Origin: an uncultured Sphingomonas sp.
GTDB taxonomy: Bacteria; Pseudomonadota; Alphaproteobacteria; Sphingomonadales; Sphingomonadaceae
DNA length: 64,000 nucleotides
Reading direction: 5' to 3'
NCBI GenBank assembly: GCA_913777295.1
Contig: CAJYRU010000185.1
Location: 131-64,130 of the forward strand
The translations under genes were made by a program, and so were the position numbers. The number at the start of each line of letters is the position of its first letter. The stretch's first letter is position 1. Positions 1 through 9,844 of this stretch are shown here, one piece after another. The notes under the pieces were generated by a model. The model was not told the DNA's origin. It searched no databases and worked only from the letters and a program-made list of their open reading frames with translations.

Positions 1-1161
1 CATGCGACCTGCGTGCCCCTGAACGCGACCGATCACGCCGCCGTGGTAGCGTTCGTGCAGGAGCATGGCGTGGGCCTGGTGGTGGTCGGCCCCGAAGCAC
101 CGCTGGTCGACGGCCTGGCCGATTCGCTCCGCGCCGAGGGCATCCCCGTATTCGGGCCGAGCAAGGCCGCCGCGCAGTTGGAAGGCTCGAAGGGCTTTAC
201 CAAGGATCTCTGCCGCCGCGCCGACATCCCGACCGCCGGTTATGTCCGGGTGAACACGCTGGCGGAGGCGCAGGCCGCGCTCGCGACGACCTTCGGCCTG
301 CCGGTCGTCCTCAAGGCCGATGGCCTGGCGGCGGGCAAGGGCGTGACCGTCGCCTTCACCAAGGCCGAGGCCGAGGGCGCGATCACCGACCTGTTCTCGG
401 TCCCCGGTGCCGAAGTCGTCATCGAGGAATTTCTGGAGGGTGAGGAGGCCAGCCTCTTCGTCCTGACCGATGGCGAGGCGCTCCTCCCCTTCGGCTCGGC
501 GCAGGACCATAAGCGCGTCGGCGACGGCGATACCGGCCCCAACACCGGCGGCATGGGCGCGTACAGCCCCGCGCGCGTCCTGACGCCCGAGCTGGAGCAA
601 CAAGCGATCGACCGGATCGTGCGGCCGACCGTCGACACGTTGCGCACCGAGGGGACGCCCTTTTCGGGCGTGCTCTATGCCGGGCTGATGCTGACCGAGC
701 AGGGGCCGAAGCTGATCGAGTACAACGCCCGCTTCGGCGATCCCGAGTGCCAGGTGCTGATGCTGCGCTTCCAGGGCGATCTGCTGGCGGTGATGCTGGC
801 AGTGGCCGAGGGGCGACTGGCCGAACTGCCCGCGCCCGCCTTCTCGGACGATCCCGCGCTGACCGTCGTGATGGCGGCGGCGGGCTATCCCGGCACGCCC
901 AGGGCGGGCGGCGCGATCGAGGCGATCGACGCGGCAGAGGCGACCGGCGCGGTGGTGTTCCAGGCGGGCACGAAGATGGACGGCGATCAACTGGTCGCCA
1001 GCGGCGGCCGCGTGCTCGCCGTGACCGCCAGCGCCGCGACGGTGGGCGAGGCACAAACCGCCGCCTACCGCGCGGTCGATGCGATCCGCTTCCCCGGCGG
1101 CTTTTGCCGCCGCGACATCGGCTGGCGCGAGGTTGCGCGCGAAGCGGGAACCGAGGCTTGA
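1..1161 (+). CDS. purD: Phosphoribosylamine-glycine ligase (5' end outside the window)
   Basis: [52 protein letters not shown] and [12 protein letters not shown] motifs. Confidence 0.97.
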   Translation, partial: HATCVPLNATDHAAVVAFVQEHGVGLVVVGPEAPLVDGLADSLRAEGIPVFGPSKAAAQLEGSKGFTKDLCRRADIPTAGYVRVNTLAEAQAALATTFGLPVVLKADGLAAGKGVTVAFTKAEAEGAITDLFSVPGAEVVIEEFLEGEEASLFVLTDGEALLPFGSAQDHKRVGDGDTGPNTGGMGAYSPARVLTPELEQQAIDRIVRPTVDTLRTEGTPFSGVLYAGLMLTEQGPKLIEYNARFGDPECQVLMLRFQGDLLAVMLAVAEGRLAELPAPAFSDDPALTVVMAAAGYPGTPRAGGAIEAIDAAEATGAVVFQAGTKMDGDQLVASGGRVLAVTASAATVGEAQTAAYRAVDAIRFPGGFCRRDIGWREVAREAGTEA

Positions 1162-1217
1162 TCCCAGCGATTGGGGCGACGCTCGCCCTTGAGGCAATGG
1201 GTGGATAGGGTAACACC

Positions 1218-1937
1218 ATGAACGATACGACCGCAGCACCGGCGACCAGCCTCATTCCCGATGGCGTGGCGGCGATCACGACCATTCATTTCGTCCTGCT
1301 CGCCATCGTCGCGCTGGCGGCGATCGCGATGATCGTGGTGGGCATGCGCCTGAAGCACCGCCGCAAAGAGGCCGCCCGCCGGGTGGAGGAAAATGCGCAG
1401 GAAGCCGGGCTGGCCGTGCGCCAGCCCGACCGCAAGCCGATCAGCGAAGCCTCGCTGACCGAGCCCAAGGCGAGCCCGGCGCCCGCACCTACGCCTGCAC
1501 CCGCCCCGACTCCGGCCCCGACGCCTGCGTCTGCCCCTGCGCCCGTCGCGACCCCGGTCATGCCGACGCCGAGCGCGCCCGAAGAGCCTGTCTTCGCGGA
1601 CGAGCCGCTGAACGACGAGCCGGTCGCCGCCGCTGCACCGATGACCGCCAGCCCGGCCGCCGAAGCCGCGACCGCCCCCACCGAACCGTCTCGGCCCGAG
1701 GATCAGCCGATCACGCTGCTCAAGGGCCTGGGCCCCAAGCTGACCCAGGCGCTGGCCCAGCACGGCATCACCACGGTCGGCGACATGGCGGGCTTGAGCG
1801 AGGCGCAGGCCCAGGCGCTCGACGCCCAGCTCGGGGCATTTTCGGGCCGCATGGCGCGCGACCGCTGGCTGGAACAGGCGCGGCTGCTGGCGGCGGGCGA
1901 CCGGGTGGGATTTGAGGCGGTGTTCGGCAGGCTCTGA
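1218..1937 (+). CDS. Membrane-anchored protein with a Pro/Ala-rich linker and C-terminal helix-hairpin-helix-like domain
   Basis: N-terminal TM helix; PAPAPTPAPAPTPAP linker; LKGLGPKL...GRMARDRWLEQA C-terminal module. Confidence 0.75.
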   Translation: MNDTTAAPATSLIPDGVAAITTIHFVLLAIVALAAIAMIVVGMRLKHRRKEAARRVEENAQEAGLAVRQPDRKPISEASLTEPKASPAPAPTPAPAPTPAPTPASAPAPVATPVMPTPSAPEEPVFADEPLNDEPVAAAAPMTASPAAEAATAPTEPSRPEDQPITLLKGLGPKLTQALAQHGITTVGDMAGLSEAQAQALDAQLGAFSGRMARDRWLEQARLLAAGDRVGFEAVFGRL

Positions 1938-1968
1938 CGGAACGCGCCGAGCGTCCGCCGGTTGAGGC

Positions 1969-2532
1969 ATGATGCCGTCGCTCGATCCCCGCACCACCGC
2001 CCTGATCCTCATCGACCTGCAAAAGGGCATCGTTCCCCATGCGGGCGGCCCCCGCTCGGGTGAGGAGGTGGTGGCGACCGCCAGGACGCTCGCCGACCGT
2101 TTCCGCGCGGCGGGCGCGCCCGTGGTCCTCGTCCATGTCGGTTTCACGCCCGCGACGATGCCCAGCCAGAATGTCGACCGCCCAAGCCTGCCCGCCGGAG
2201 GCACGCCGCCCGAATTCAGCGAGTTCTTGCCCGACCTGCGCCAGCCGGACGATATCGTCGTCCTGAAGCATCATTGGGGCGCATTCACCGGCACCGACCT
2301 GGACCTGCAATTGCGCAGGCGCGGCGTGCGCACCGTGGTGATCGCGGGCATCTCGACGAACATGGGCGTCGAATCTACGGCACGTTCGGCCTGGGAACTG
2401 TCCTATGACGTGGTCATCGCCGAAGATGCCTGCGCATCACGCTCCGCCGAACTCCACGCCTTTGCCATCGAGAACATCCTGCCGCAGATCGCGCGGGTGA
2501 TGGCGTCCGGGGATATCGAACTCGCCGCTTGA
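1969..2532 (+). CDS. Isochorismatase/cysteine hydrolase family protein (YecD-like)
   Basis: ALILIDLQKG, KHHWGAFTGTDLDLQLRRRG, GISTNMGVESTAR. Confidence 0.9.
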   Translation: MMPSLDPRTTALILIDLQKGIVPHAGGPRSGEEVVATARTLADRFRAAGAPVVLVHVGFTPATMPSQNVDRPSLPAGGTPPEFSEFLPDLRQPDDIVVLKHHWGAFTGTDLDLQLRRRGVRTVVIAGISTNMGVESTARSAWELSYDVVIAEDACASRSAELHAFAIENILPQIARVMASGDIELAA

Positions 2533-2587
2533 GCCCGGCCGCCGTTGCGCCTTAGATCGTGATGACATTGCATTGAATCGAGGCAAG

Positions 2588-2685
2588 CCCCTCCCCTTCG
2601 GGGGAGGGGTTGGGGTGGGGCCTCGCCACAGACCTCACGCTTGCGGAAGCGCCCCACCCCCGGCCCCTCCCCTGAAGGGGAGGGG
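2588..2685. repeat. Palindromic intergenic repeat (double GC-rich hairpin)
   Basis: CCCCTCCCC-TTCG-GGGGAGGGG at the left, CCCCTCCCC-TGA-AGGGGAGGGG at the right, with inner GGGGTGGGG/CCCCACCCC arms. Confidence 0.8.
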
Positions 2686-2746
2686 TGAGTTCATCTCATG
2701 TTATCTTGCTCTAGCCTCGTCCTGTTGAAGGCGGGGCCGTGGCGGC

Positions 2747-3148
2747 ATGGAATTTCTGTTCGAAATCCTGATTCAATATGGCGGCGAGCTGCTGATCCAG
2801 CTTTTGATCGAAACCGCCGCCGAGATCGGCGTCCATGGCCTGAGCAAGAGCCTGGGCGAGACATTCCAGAGGCCGAAGAACCCGCTGCTCGCGACATTCG
2901 GCTTTGCCCTGTGGGGCCTGATCGCAGGCGGGTTGAGCCTTTGGCTGTTTCCCCATTCCCCGATCACTGACCCGCAATGGCGCCGGATAAATTTGGCTGT
3001 GACGCCGATCCTGGCGGGCGGGGCCATGGCCGTGATCGGCAGCCTGCGCCGCCGCCGAGGGCTCCGCCTCGTGCGGCTGGACCGATTCGGCTATGCCTAT
3101 GTCTTCGCGCTGGTCATGGCGCTGGTGCGGTTCCGCTGGGCGGGGTAA
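2747..3148 (+). CDS. Hypothetical membrane protein
   Basis: 133-aa ORF with about three hydrophobic segments. Confidence 0.7.
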   Translation: MEFLFEILIQYGGELLIQLLIETAAEIGVHGLSKSLGETFQRPKNPLLATFGFALWGLIAGGLSLWLFPHSPITDPQWRRINLAVTPILAGGAMAVIGSLRRRRGLRLVRLDRFGYAYVFALVMALVRFRWAG

Positions 3149-3155
3149 ACCGACG

Positions 3156-4112
3156 TCAGGGTTTGGACGGCGGCGCTACTGGCGCCTTTGCCTGATCGCT
3201 GAGCGCCTCCCGCCGCTTCTCCTGTTCGGCCAGCGGCGGCACCCGCAGCGCCTGACGCAGCGCGTCCGACACCAGCGTCAGATCATAGGGCTCCTGCGTC
3301 GCTGGGCCGCCACGCGGAATGCTGTATTGCGTGCCCAGCACCTGGGGCTTGCCGATCGACTGGAGATAACGGTCGAGCGTCGCGGATGCGATCCACACCG
3401 CCTTGGCCTTGCCGCGTGCCGCCGCGATCAGCGCCAAGAGATGCGCCATCAGATAATCGTTCGGCTTGTCGCCATGCTGGAACAGGAAGGCAGCGTGGTA
3501 GAAATCATCGCCGCTGTGCAACGCTCCGGCATCGAGCAGTTCCTGCGTCCGCGCCTTTCGCTTCTCATCGGCAGGGCCGACCACCGACCAGTCGATATTC
3601 GGCTGCCGCCGATCGTCCTGATCCGCCTTGAAGATCGCCGACATCTCGGCGTTGGTCGAATACTCCACCTTTTGCTGATAGGCGCGCTTCGCCGTCCAGG
3701 GCCCCAGTATACCCTTGCCCGGTACGGCACGGTCGAGAAGGAAGGGCTCGAACCCGACCCCCTGATACATGGCCGAGACATGCCCATCGGCCAGACAGTG
3801 CAGACGAAAGATATCCGGGGTCGCGCCGGGACGGGGATCGTCGAAAGTCAGTTCCAGATCGTCGCTCACCGGCTGCACCTTGATCGCCGTGCGGCGGATG
3901 ACCGGCCCGGTGACGTTCGTGAAGCTTTCCTTGTCAAAGTCAAAATCTTGCGGCCGATCCCATGTCGCCTCCAACCCCTTGGGCGAAGCATGGACGCCGA
4001 ACTGGAAAAGGGCGGCATCCCCGGTCTTCAATATCCAGTCGCCATCTGCGCACGGCACGGCAGAAACGGACAGGGCGGCGACCAGAAAAGGCAGGATCAT
4101 CGGCATGACCAC
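3156..4112 (-). CDS. Hypothetical exported protein
   Basis: Signal-peptide-like N-terminus; helical C-terminal half (DQDDR, AAFLFQHG, DRYLQSIGKPQVLGTQY). Confidence 0.75.
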   Translation of the reverse strand: MVMPMILPFLVAALSVSAVPCADGDWILKTGDAALFQFGVHASPKGLEATWDRPQDFDFDKESFTNVTGPVIRRTAIKVQPVSDDLELTFDDPRPGATPDIFRLHCLADGHVSAMYQGVGFEPFLLDRAVPGKGILGPWTAKRAYQQKVEYSTNAEMSAIFKADQDDRRQPNIDWSVVGPADEKRKARTQELLDAGALHSGDDFYHAAFLFQHGDKPNDYLMAHLLALIAAARGKAKAVWIASATLDRYLQSIGKPQVLGTQYSIPRGGPATQEPYDLTLVSDALRQALRVPPLAEQEKRREALSDQAKAPVAPPSKP

Positions 4113-4208
4113 AGCCTGTCAGCATTCCGATGCATCGACAATGGCAAATATAATGCCCCGCACTGATCCGCATTGCCGCTGGTTTGACCGGCTGATAGCC
4201 TTTCGATC

Positions 4209-4574
4209 ATGATGTTCTGGTCGACTGCCACCCTACCCGCAACCTTGGTGTTGGCCGGGATGGCTTTACCTGCCGCACCCTCCGGCAAAAAAGTCGAAGC
4301 ATCTCTGCCGATTACGATGGCGTATGCGCCGCCCGACATCTGTACGATAAAGATTTCGGATCAGCTCTTCACGCTACCCAAGGATGATGCCGCCGCGACG
4401 ACGGCGTTGCGGGAAGCCCGTCGGACCTGGACTTCGGTGTCGATCGGCAGCGAGGCCGACATTCCCTATCGCTGTACCGCTCGGGTCATCTACGTCGTCA
4501 ACCAGGCCGATTTTCAGCAGATCGACTTCGTGGCACTGCCGCCCCCGAAGCCGAAGACCCTCAAGCCTCGCTGA
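4209..4574 (+). CDS. Hypothetical exported protein (possible ExbD-periplasmic-like fold)
   Basis: Signal-like N-terminus; IPYRC...QADFQQIDFV pattern. Confidence 0.55.
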   Translation: MMFWSTATLPATLVLAGMALPAAPSGKKVEASLPITMAYAPPDICTIKISDQLFTLPKDDAAATTALREARRTWTSVSIGSEADIPYRCTARVIYVVNQADFQQIDFVALPPPKPKTLKPR

Positions 4575-5862
4575 CCAGCAGCTTGTCGATCCGCCGTCCG
4601 TCGAGGTCCACCACCTCGAAGCGCCAGCCCTGTTCGACGAAGCTCTCGCCCTCCCCCGGCAGGTGGCGGAACACGGCGAGCGCGAGGCCCGCCACGGTCG
4701 CGTAATCGCGGTCGTCGGGCAGGTCGATGCCCAGCCGGTCGGCCAGCGCATCCGCCGCCATGGTGCCCGCCACCAGCAGCGATCCGTCGTCGCGCTCGAC
4801 CACCGAAGGGGCGTCGCCCGGATCGGCGTCGGAGGCGAATTCGCCCGCGATCGCGGCCAGCAGGTCCGACGGGGTCACGATCCCTTCGAAATGGCCATAT
4901 TCGTCATGGATCAGCGCCATCGGCACCTCGGCCTGGCGCAGCGCCAGCAGCACGTCCATCGCGTCGATCCGGTCGATCACGACGGGGGCCTTGCGCATCA
5001 GATGCTTGAGATCGAGCGGCTCGCCCCGGAACAGCGCCATGGCGATGTCGCGCGCCTGCACCACGCCGACCACCGCGTCGATCGAGCCTTCGCCCACCGG
5101 CAGGCGGGTGCGCGGGCTCTCCAGCAGCTTGGCGCGGATCGCCTCGTCGTCCAGCGTGCAGTCGAGCCAGTCGATCTCGGTGCGCGGCGTCATCACCTCG
5201 CGCACCGGCCGGTCGGCCAGGCGGACGACGCCCGAGATGATCGAGCGTTCATGCTCCTCGATCACGCCCGACTTGGACGCCTCGGCCACGATCAGGTGGA
5301 GCTCCTCGGCGGTCACCTGATCCTCGTTATCGCGGTTCAGGCCCAGCAGCTTGAAGATCACGCCGCTGGTCGAATCGAGCACCCAGACGATCGGCGCCGT
5401 GCCCACCGCCAGCCAGCGCATGGGCAGCGCGACAAAGGCCGCGATCGGCTCGGGCTTGCGCAGCGCGAACTGCTTGGGCACCAGTTCGCCCAGGATCAGC
5501 GAGGCATAGGTGGTCAGGCCGATGACCAGCGCGAAGCCGAGGGTCGCGGCGGTCGAGGGTGCGACGCCCAGCGCCTCCAGCCTTGCCGCGGTCGGCGTGC
5601 CCAGGCTGGCACCCGAATAGGCACCCGCGATGATGCCGGTCAGGGTGATGCCGATCTGGACGGTCGACAGGAACTTGCCCGGATCGGCGGCCAGCGTCAG
5701 CGCCGCCTGTGCGCCCTTTCGTCCGCCACGCGCCATCGCCTCCAGCCGAGCACGGCGCGACGACACGATCGCCAGCTCGCTCATGGCAAAGACGCCGTTC
5801 AACGCGACAAGCGCGAGGATGATGAGGACGTCGATCCACGGGAAGGGGGGCAGCGGTGCCAT
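4561..5862 (-). CDS. HlyC/CorC (CNNM-CBS-CorC) family transporter
   Basis: LNGVFAMSELAIVSSR, FLSTVQIGIT, GELVPK, VMTPR, DEYGHFEGIVT; start placed at ATG 5862. Confidence 0.93.
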   Translation of the reverse strand: MAPLPPFPWIDVLIILALVALNGVFAMSELAIVSSRRARLEAMARGGRKGAQAALTLAADPGKFLSTVQIGITLTGIIAGAYSGASLGTPTAARLEALGVAPSTAATLGFALVIGLTTYASLILGELVPKQFALRKPEPIAAFVALPMRWLAVGTAPIVWVLDSTSGVIFKLLGLNRDNEDQVTAEELHLIVAEASKSGVIEEHERSIISGVVRLADRPVREVMTPRTEIDWLDCTLDDEAIRAKLLESPRTRLPVGEGSIDAVVGVVQARDIAMALFRGEPLDLKHLMRKAPVVIDRIDAMDVLLALRQAEVPMALIHDEYGHFEGIVTPSDLLAAIAGEFASDADPGDAPSVVERDDGSLLVAGTMAADALADRLGIDLPDDRDYATVAGLALAVFRHLPGEGESFVEQGWRFEVVDLDGRRIDKLLVSEA

Positions 5863-6006
5863 CGTTGTGAAGTGCTCATAGCGGGGCGGAAGGGCCTTCG
5901 ACAACTCCTGTCGTCATGTTCCGTTCAGTTCGGCTACGGAACAAGGCCTTCCGACGCAGCGTTCCGGGGGACGAGACGCTGTCAGAAACTAACAAGGATC
6001 AGATTG

Positions 6007-6684
6007 ATGCGACTTCCCGCCAAGCTCCTCACCGCCGCCGCGCTGTCGGCCCTGGTCGCCACCTCGGCCTGCACCACCGACCCGGAAACCGGCCAGCAGC
6101 GCCTGTCCAAGGCCGCGATCGGCGGCATCGGCGGCGCGGTCGGCGGCTATCTGCTGGGCGATCTGGTCGGCGGCCGGCGCGACCGTACCGAGAAGATTCT
6201 GGGCGCGGGTATCGGCGGCCTCGCTGGCGCGGGGATCGGCGCATACATGGACAAGCAGGAGCGCGACCTGCGCGCCCGCACCGCCGGCACCGATGTCGAA
6301 GTGACGCGGCGTGGCGACGACCTCGTGCTGAACATGCCGGCGGGGATCACCTTCGCCTATGACAGCGCCAATGTGCAGCCGCAGTTCCGTGCGACGCTGG
6401 ACCAGGTCGCCGACGTGCTGCGCGATTACAACCAGACCTATATCGACGTGTACGGCCACACCGATTCGACCGGATCGGACGCGTACAACCAGACGCTGTC
6501 GGAACGCCGCGCCGCATCGGTGGCGAGCTACCTGACCTCGCGCGGCGTGCAGTCGGCCCGCATCGGCACGCGCGGTTTCGGCGAGACCCAGCCGATCGCG
6601 TCGAACGAGACCGAGGAAGGCCGCGCGGAGAACCGCCGCGTCGAGATCAAGATCGTGCCAATCGAGCAGGATCAGTTGCGCTAA
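6007..6684 (+). CDS. OmpA family lipoprotein with glycine zipper (YiaD-like)
   Basis: Lipobox TSAC, Gly-zipper, GHTDSTGSDAYNQTLSERRA, NRRVEI; real start ATG 6007 within the long 4384..6684 ORF. Confidence 0.93.
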   Translation: MRLPAKLLTAAALSALVATSACTTDPETGQQRLSKAAIGGIGGAVGGYLLGDLVGGRRDRTEKILGAGIGGLAGAGIGAYMDKQERDLRARTAGTDVEVTRRGDDLVLNMPAGITFAYDSANVQPQFRATLDQVADVLRDYNQTYIDVYGHTDSTGSDAYNQTLSERRAASVASYLTSRGVQSARIGTRGFGETQPIASNETEEGRAENRRVEIKIVPIEQDQLR

Positions 6685-6725
6685 GAACGCCGGAATCACA
6701 GCCCGATCCATCCCGTCGCACCGGG

Positions 6726-6807
6726 CGTCATCCCAGCGCAGGCTGGGATGTCCCGGTCGTGGCGCGGGACAAGAGCCGCGGGAGGCCCAGCCTTCGCTGG
6801 GGCGACG
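6726..6807. repeat. REP-like double-hairpin element, copy 1
   Basis: CGTCATCCCAGCGCAGGCTGGGAT...CCCAGCCTTCGCTGGGGCGACG; related copies at 52771, 55180 and 63087. Confidence 0.85.
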
Positions 6808-6842
6808 ATTTCGTTCGGAGGGGTCGGGCTGCCCGTGGATTG

Positions 6843-7616
6843 TTACCGCCGACGCGGCGGCGTTTCGTCGCTGCGCAGCGTCAGCACCTCCACCCCGGTC
6901 GCGGTCACCGCGACGGTGTGTTCAAACTGCGCCGACAGCTTGCCGTCGGCGGTGACGACGGTCCAGTCGTCGTCCTCCTGCACCACCTTGCGCGATCCCT
7001 GGTTGACCATCGGTTCGATGGTGAAGGTCATGCCCTCGTGCAGCACCGCGCCGGTGCCGGGACGGCCGAAATTCAGGACCGAGGGTTCCTCGTGCATCTC
7101 GCGGCCGATGCCATGGCCGCAATATTCGCGCACGACGCTATAGCCCTGTTTCTTCGCATGGCGCTCGATCGCTGCGCCGACATCGCCCAGCCGGGCGCCG
7201 GGGCGGACCTGCGCGATACCGGCCCACATCGCGGCCTGCGCCGCCTGTACCAGCCGCCGCGCCTGCGGGGTGACGGTGCCGACCATGTAGGTCTTGGACG
7301 AATCGGCGATGAAGCCGTCCTTCTCCAGCGTGATGTCGAGGTTGACGATGTCGCCGTCGCGCACGATCGCCGCCGCGTCGGGGACGCCGTGGCAGACGAC
7401 GTCGTTGATCGAGCTGTTGAGGACATAGGCGAAGCCATATTGCCCCTTGCTCGCCGGACGCGCCGCAAGGTCGTCGACGATGAAGCGCTCGACCAGGTCG
7501 TTGATCGCCAGCGTCGACATGCCGACCAGCGCCTGGCGGTCGAGCATCTCGAACACGGTCGCGAGCAGCCGGCCCGACGCGCGCATCCGATCGAGTTCGG
7601 CGGGCGTCTTCACCAT
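6843..7616 (-). CDS. map: Type I methionine aminopeptidase
   Basis: SINDVVCHGVP, DIVNLDIT, DSSKT, GHGIGREMHEEP, FTIEPM, SAQFEHTV. Confidence 0.95.
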   Translation of the reverse strand: MVKTPAELDRMRASGRLLATVFEMLDRQALVGMSTLAINDLVERFIVDDLAARPASKGQYGFAYVLNSSINDVVCHGVPDAAAIVRDGDIVNLDITLEKDGFIADSSKTYMVGTVTPQARRLVQAAQAAMWAGIAQVRPGARLGDVGAAIERHAKKQGYSVVREYCGHGIGREMHEEPSVLNFGRPGTGAVLHEGMTFTIEPMVNQGSRKVVQEDDDWTVVTADGKLSAQFEHTVAVTATGVEVLTLRSDETPPRRR

Positions 7617-7617
7617 G

Positions 7618-7824
7618 TCAGGCGGCGACCGCATCGACCGCGCGGACCTGCGCGGCGGCAAGGCGGGTGCGGATGATGTCGTTGAACGACAGGTCGGGAT
7701 TGGCCTCGGCCATCATGCCGATCGTCATCCAGAATTCGGCTTGTGCGTTGATCGAGCGGCACAACACCCCGCTCGCCCGCCGCACTTCCTCGTGCAGTGC
7801 GTCGTCGATCTTCACGATACCCAT
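7618..7824 (-). CDS. ParD-like family small DNA-binding protein, co-oriented upstream of map
   Basis: MGIVKIDDALHEEVRRAS...RSINAQAEFW...G..AE.NPDL pattern; 68 aa. Confidence 0.8.
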   Translation of the reverse strand: MGIVKIDDALHEEVRRASGVLCRSINAQAEFWMTIGMMAEANPDLSFNDIIRTRLAAAQVRAVDAVAA

Positions 7825-7838
7825 CCGCGGCCCTTTCA

Positions 7839-7866
7839 ATATACGAAACATATATGGTCCGTATAT
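7839..7866. promoter_or_regulatory. 28-bp AT-rich near-perfect palindrome, candidate operator
   Basis: ATATACG-AAA-CATATATG-GTC-CGTATAT, about 15 bp upstream of the ParD-like start. Confidence 0.7.
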
Positions 7867-7873
7867 CGGAACG

Positions 7874-8326
7874 TCAAACCGAGCGTCTTCCCAAGAAGAA
7901 GCCGCGCAGCAGCGCCGCCGATTCGGCCTCGGCGATACCGGGATAGATGTCGGGGCGATGATGGCAGGTCGGCTGGGTGAAGAAGCGGGGTCCGTGTTCG
8001 ACCGCCCCTCCCTTCGGATCGGACGCGCCGTAATAGAGCCGGGCGATGCGGGCATGGGCGATGGCGCCGGCACACATCGCGCACGGCTCCAGCGTCACCC
8101 ACAGGTCGCAATCCTCCAGCCGGTCGCGACCCAGCGCTTGCGCCGCCGCGCGAATCGCGAGGATTTCGGCATGGGCGGTCGGGTCGGCCAGTGCGCGCGG
8201 GGCATTGGCGGCGGTCGCGATGACCTGCCCCGCCCGCATCACCACCGCGCCGACCGGCACTTCGCCCAAATCGGCGGCGGCGCGAGCGGCGGCGAGCGCG
8301 TGGTGCATCGGGGCGGCATCGAACAT
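7874..8326 (-). CDS. tadA: tRNA-specific adenosine deaminase
   Basis: GEVPVGAVV, DPTAHAEILAIR, TLEPCAMCAGAI, DPKGGA. Confidence 0.92.
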   Translation of the reverse strand: MFDAAPMHHALAAARAAADLGEVPVGAVVMRAGQVIATAANAPRALADPTAHAEILAIRAAAQALGRDRLEDCDLWVTLEPCAMCAGAIAHARIARLYYGASDPKGGAVEHGPRFFTQPTCHHRPDIYPGIAEAESAALLRGFFLGRRSV

Positions 8327-8366
8327 GCCCGCCCCCATGCCAGCGCCGCGCCGCCGCAGCCAGTCC

Positions 8367-8597
8367 TCACTGGCCAGCGGGGCGTTCGACCTTGATCGCC
8401 GGCACCTCGACCGATTTGTTGACGGTGCCGACCTCGACCTTGCCGACCTCAACATCGAATTTGGGCGCCTGCCCGCCCTCGACCTTCACCTGCGGCAAAG
8501 CGGCGCGCTGCGTCTGGTCGATATTGATGAAGTTGAACGCCATCAGCCCGGCGACGATCAGGACCACCACGCCCAGCAACCCCAGAAATCCGCGCAT
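8367..8597 (-). CDS. Small single-TM hypothetical protein
   Basis: MRGFLGLLGVVVLIVAG then a beta-rich V/E/K tail (GGQAPKFDVEVGKVEVG). Confidence 0.75.
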   Translation of the reverse strand: MRGFLGLLGVVVLIVAGLMAFNFINIDQTQRAALPQVKVEGGQAPKFDVEVGKVEVGTVNKSVEVPAIKVERPAGQ

Positions 8598-8760
8598 CCA
8601 CCGTCTCCCACGCTTGCCATCATCCGAATCGTTGCCGTAACAACGCAGCCGCGGCGGCGAGGGTTGCACCCGCACCCTTGTGGTTGACGCGCGGGCCGTT
8701 CGACGCTATCCGCGCCGTCTTTCCGGGGCATGTGTCCCGACACAGAATCAGGATCAAATC

Positions 8761-9057
8761 ATGTCGCGCATCTGCGAGCTGACCGGCAAGGGCCGGCAGG
8801 TGGGTCACAATGTTTCCCACGCCAACAACAAGACCAAGCGCACGTTCCTGCCGAACCTGCAGAACGTCACGCTGATGTCGGAAGCGCTGGAGCGCTCGAT
8901 CCGCCTGCGCGTGTCGACCCACGGCCTGCGTTCGGTCGAGCATGTCGGCGGCCTCGACAACTGGCTGCTGAAGACGAGCGACGACGACCTGTCGCTGCGC
9001 GCCCGCCGCCTGAAGCGCGACGTGAAGAAGGCCGCCGCGGCAACCGCCGCCGCCTGA
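8761..9057 (+). CDS. rpmB: 50S ribosomal protein L28
   Basis: [34 protein letters not shown]. Confidence 0.98.
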   Translation: MSRICELTGKGRQVGHNVSHANNKTKRTFLPNLQNVTLMSEALERSIRLRVSTHGLRSVEHVGGLDNWLLKTSDDDLSLRARRLKRDVKKAAAATAAA

Positions 9058-9082
9058 TTCGGTCACGCCGGTTACAAGACGG

Positions 9083-9121
9083 ACCCGCCGGGGCGCTGCG
9101 CAGCGACCCGGCGGGTTTTGT
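9083..9121 (+). terminator. Rho-independent terminator of rpmB
   Basis: ACCCGCCGGG...CCCGGCGGGT stem followed by TTTGT. Confidence 0.8.
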
Positions 9122-9289
9122 CGTGGGCGGGATATGAAGCGTACACCGATCAACGATACGCCCCCGCCGGTCGAAGCCGCTCGATGTGGTGGAACCCGCG
9201 GACGAGCCTGACGCAGCGGTCATCGCGAAATGCCGGCCCGGCGCCCCGGCGCCCTTGCCGTGCCGATCGCCAGGCGCAATGACCGGACC

Positions 9290-9844
9290 ATGGCCGACCC
9301 CGACATGATCCGCATCGCCGCCGCCCTGATCGAGGACGGGAACGGGCGCATGCTGCTCGTCCGCAAGGCCGGCACCCGGTGGTTCATGCAGGCCGGTGGG
9401 AAGATCGAGGCCGGCGAGCAGCCGATCGATGCGTTGTGCCGCGAATTGCACGAGGATCTGGGGCTGGTCGTCGACCGTGGCGCCACCGCCCATCTCGGCC
9501 ATTTCACCGCGCCGGCCGCGAACGAGGCGGGACGGACGGTACATGCCGAACTGTTCCGCATGCGCAGCACGCAGCATCCCGCCCCCCGGCTGGAAATCGA
9601 GGAATCGTCGTGGGTCGATCGGGCGGCAGCGGAAGCCCTGCCGCTTGCGCCGCTTACCCGCGACCATGTGCTGCCGCTGCTTACGCCGCCGGTCGCGCCG
9701 GCACGACCCTGCCAAGGATATTGGTCAGCGCCTGCCTGCTCGGGCGACCCGTGCGCTACAACGGATCGGCCAATACGCTGGAGGACGCGCTGCTGGATCG
9801 CTGGGTCGCGCATGGGCGCGTCGTGTCGGTCTGTTCGGAGGTGA
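9290..9844 (+). CDS. NUDIX hydrolase domain; reading frame runs on into the DUF523 region
   Basis: GGKIEAGEQPIDALCRELHEDLG Nudix box; domain ends near LAPLTRDHVLP (~9680). Confidence 0.8.
   Translation: MADPDMIRIAAALIEDGNGRMLLVRKAGTRWFMQAGGKIEAGEQPIDALCRELHEDLGLVVDRGATAHLGHFTAPAANEAGRTVHAELFRMRSTQHPAPRLEIEESSWVDRAAAEALPLAPLTRDHVLPLLTPPVAPARPCQGYWSAPACSGDPCATTDRPIRWRTRCWIAGSRMGASCRSVRR

Noticed and set aside
4561-5862. Hemolysin toxin linked to the T1SS
   Set aside because: CNNM-CBS-CorC metal-transport family; the hemolysin name is an annotation legacy.
4384-6006. 766-aa OmpA fusion
   Set aside because: The upstream part is antisense to the CorC-family gene; the lipoprotein signal starts at 6007.
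7618-7824. Type II toxin-antitoxin system
   Set aside because: No adjacent toxin; the neighbour is map.
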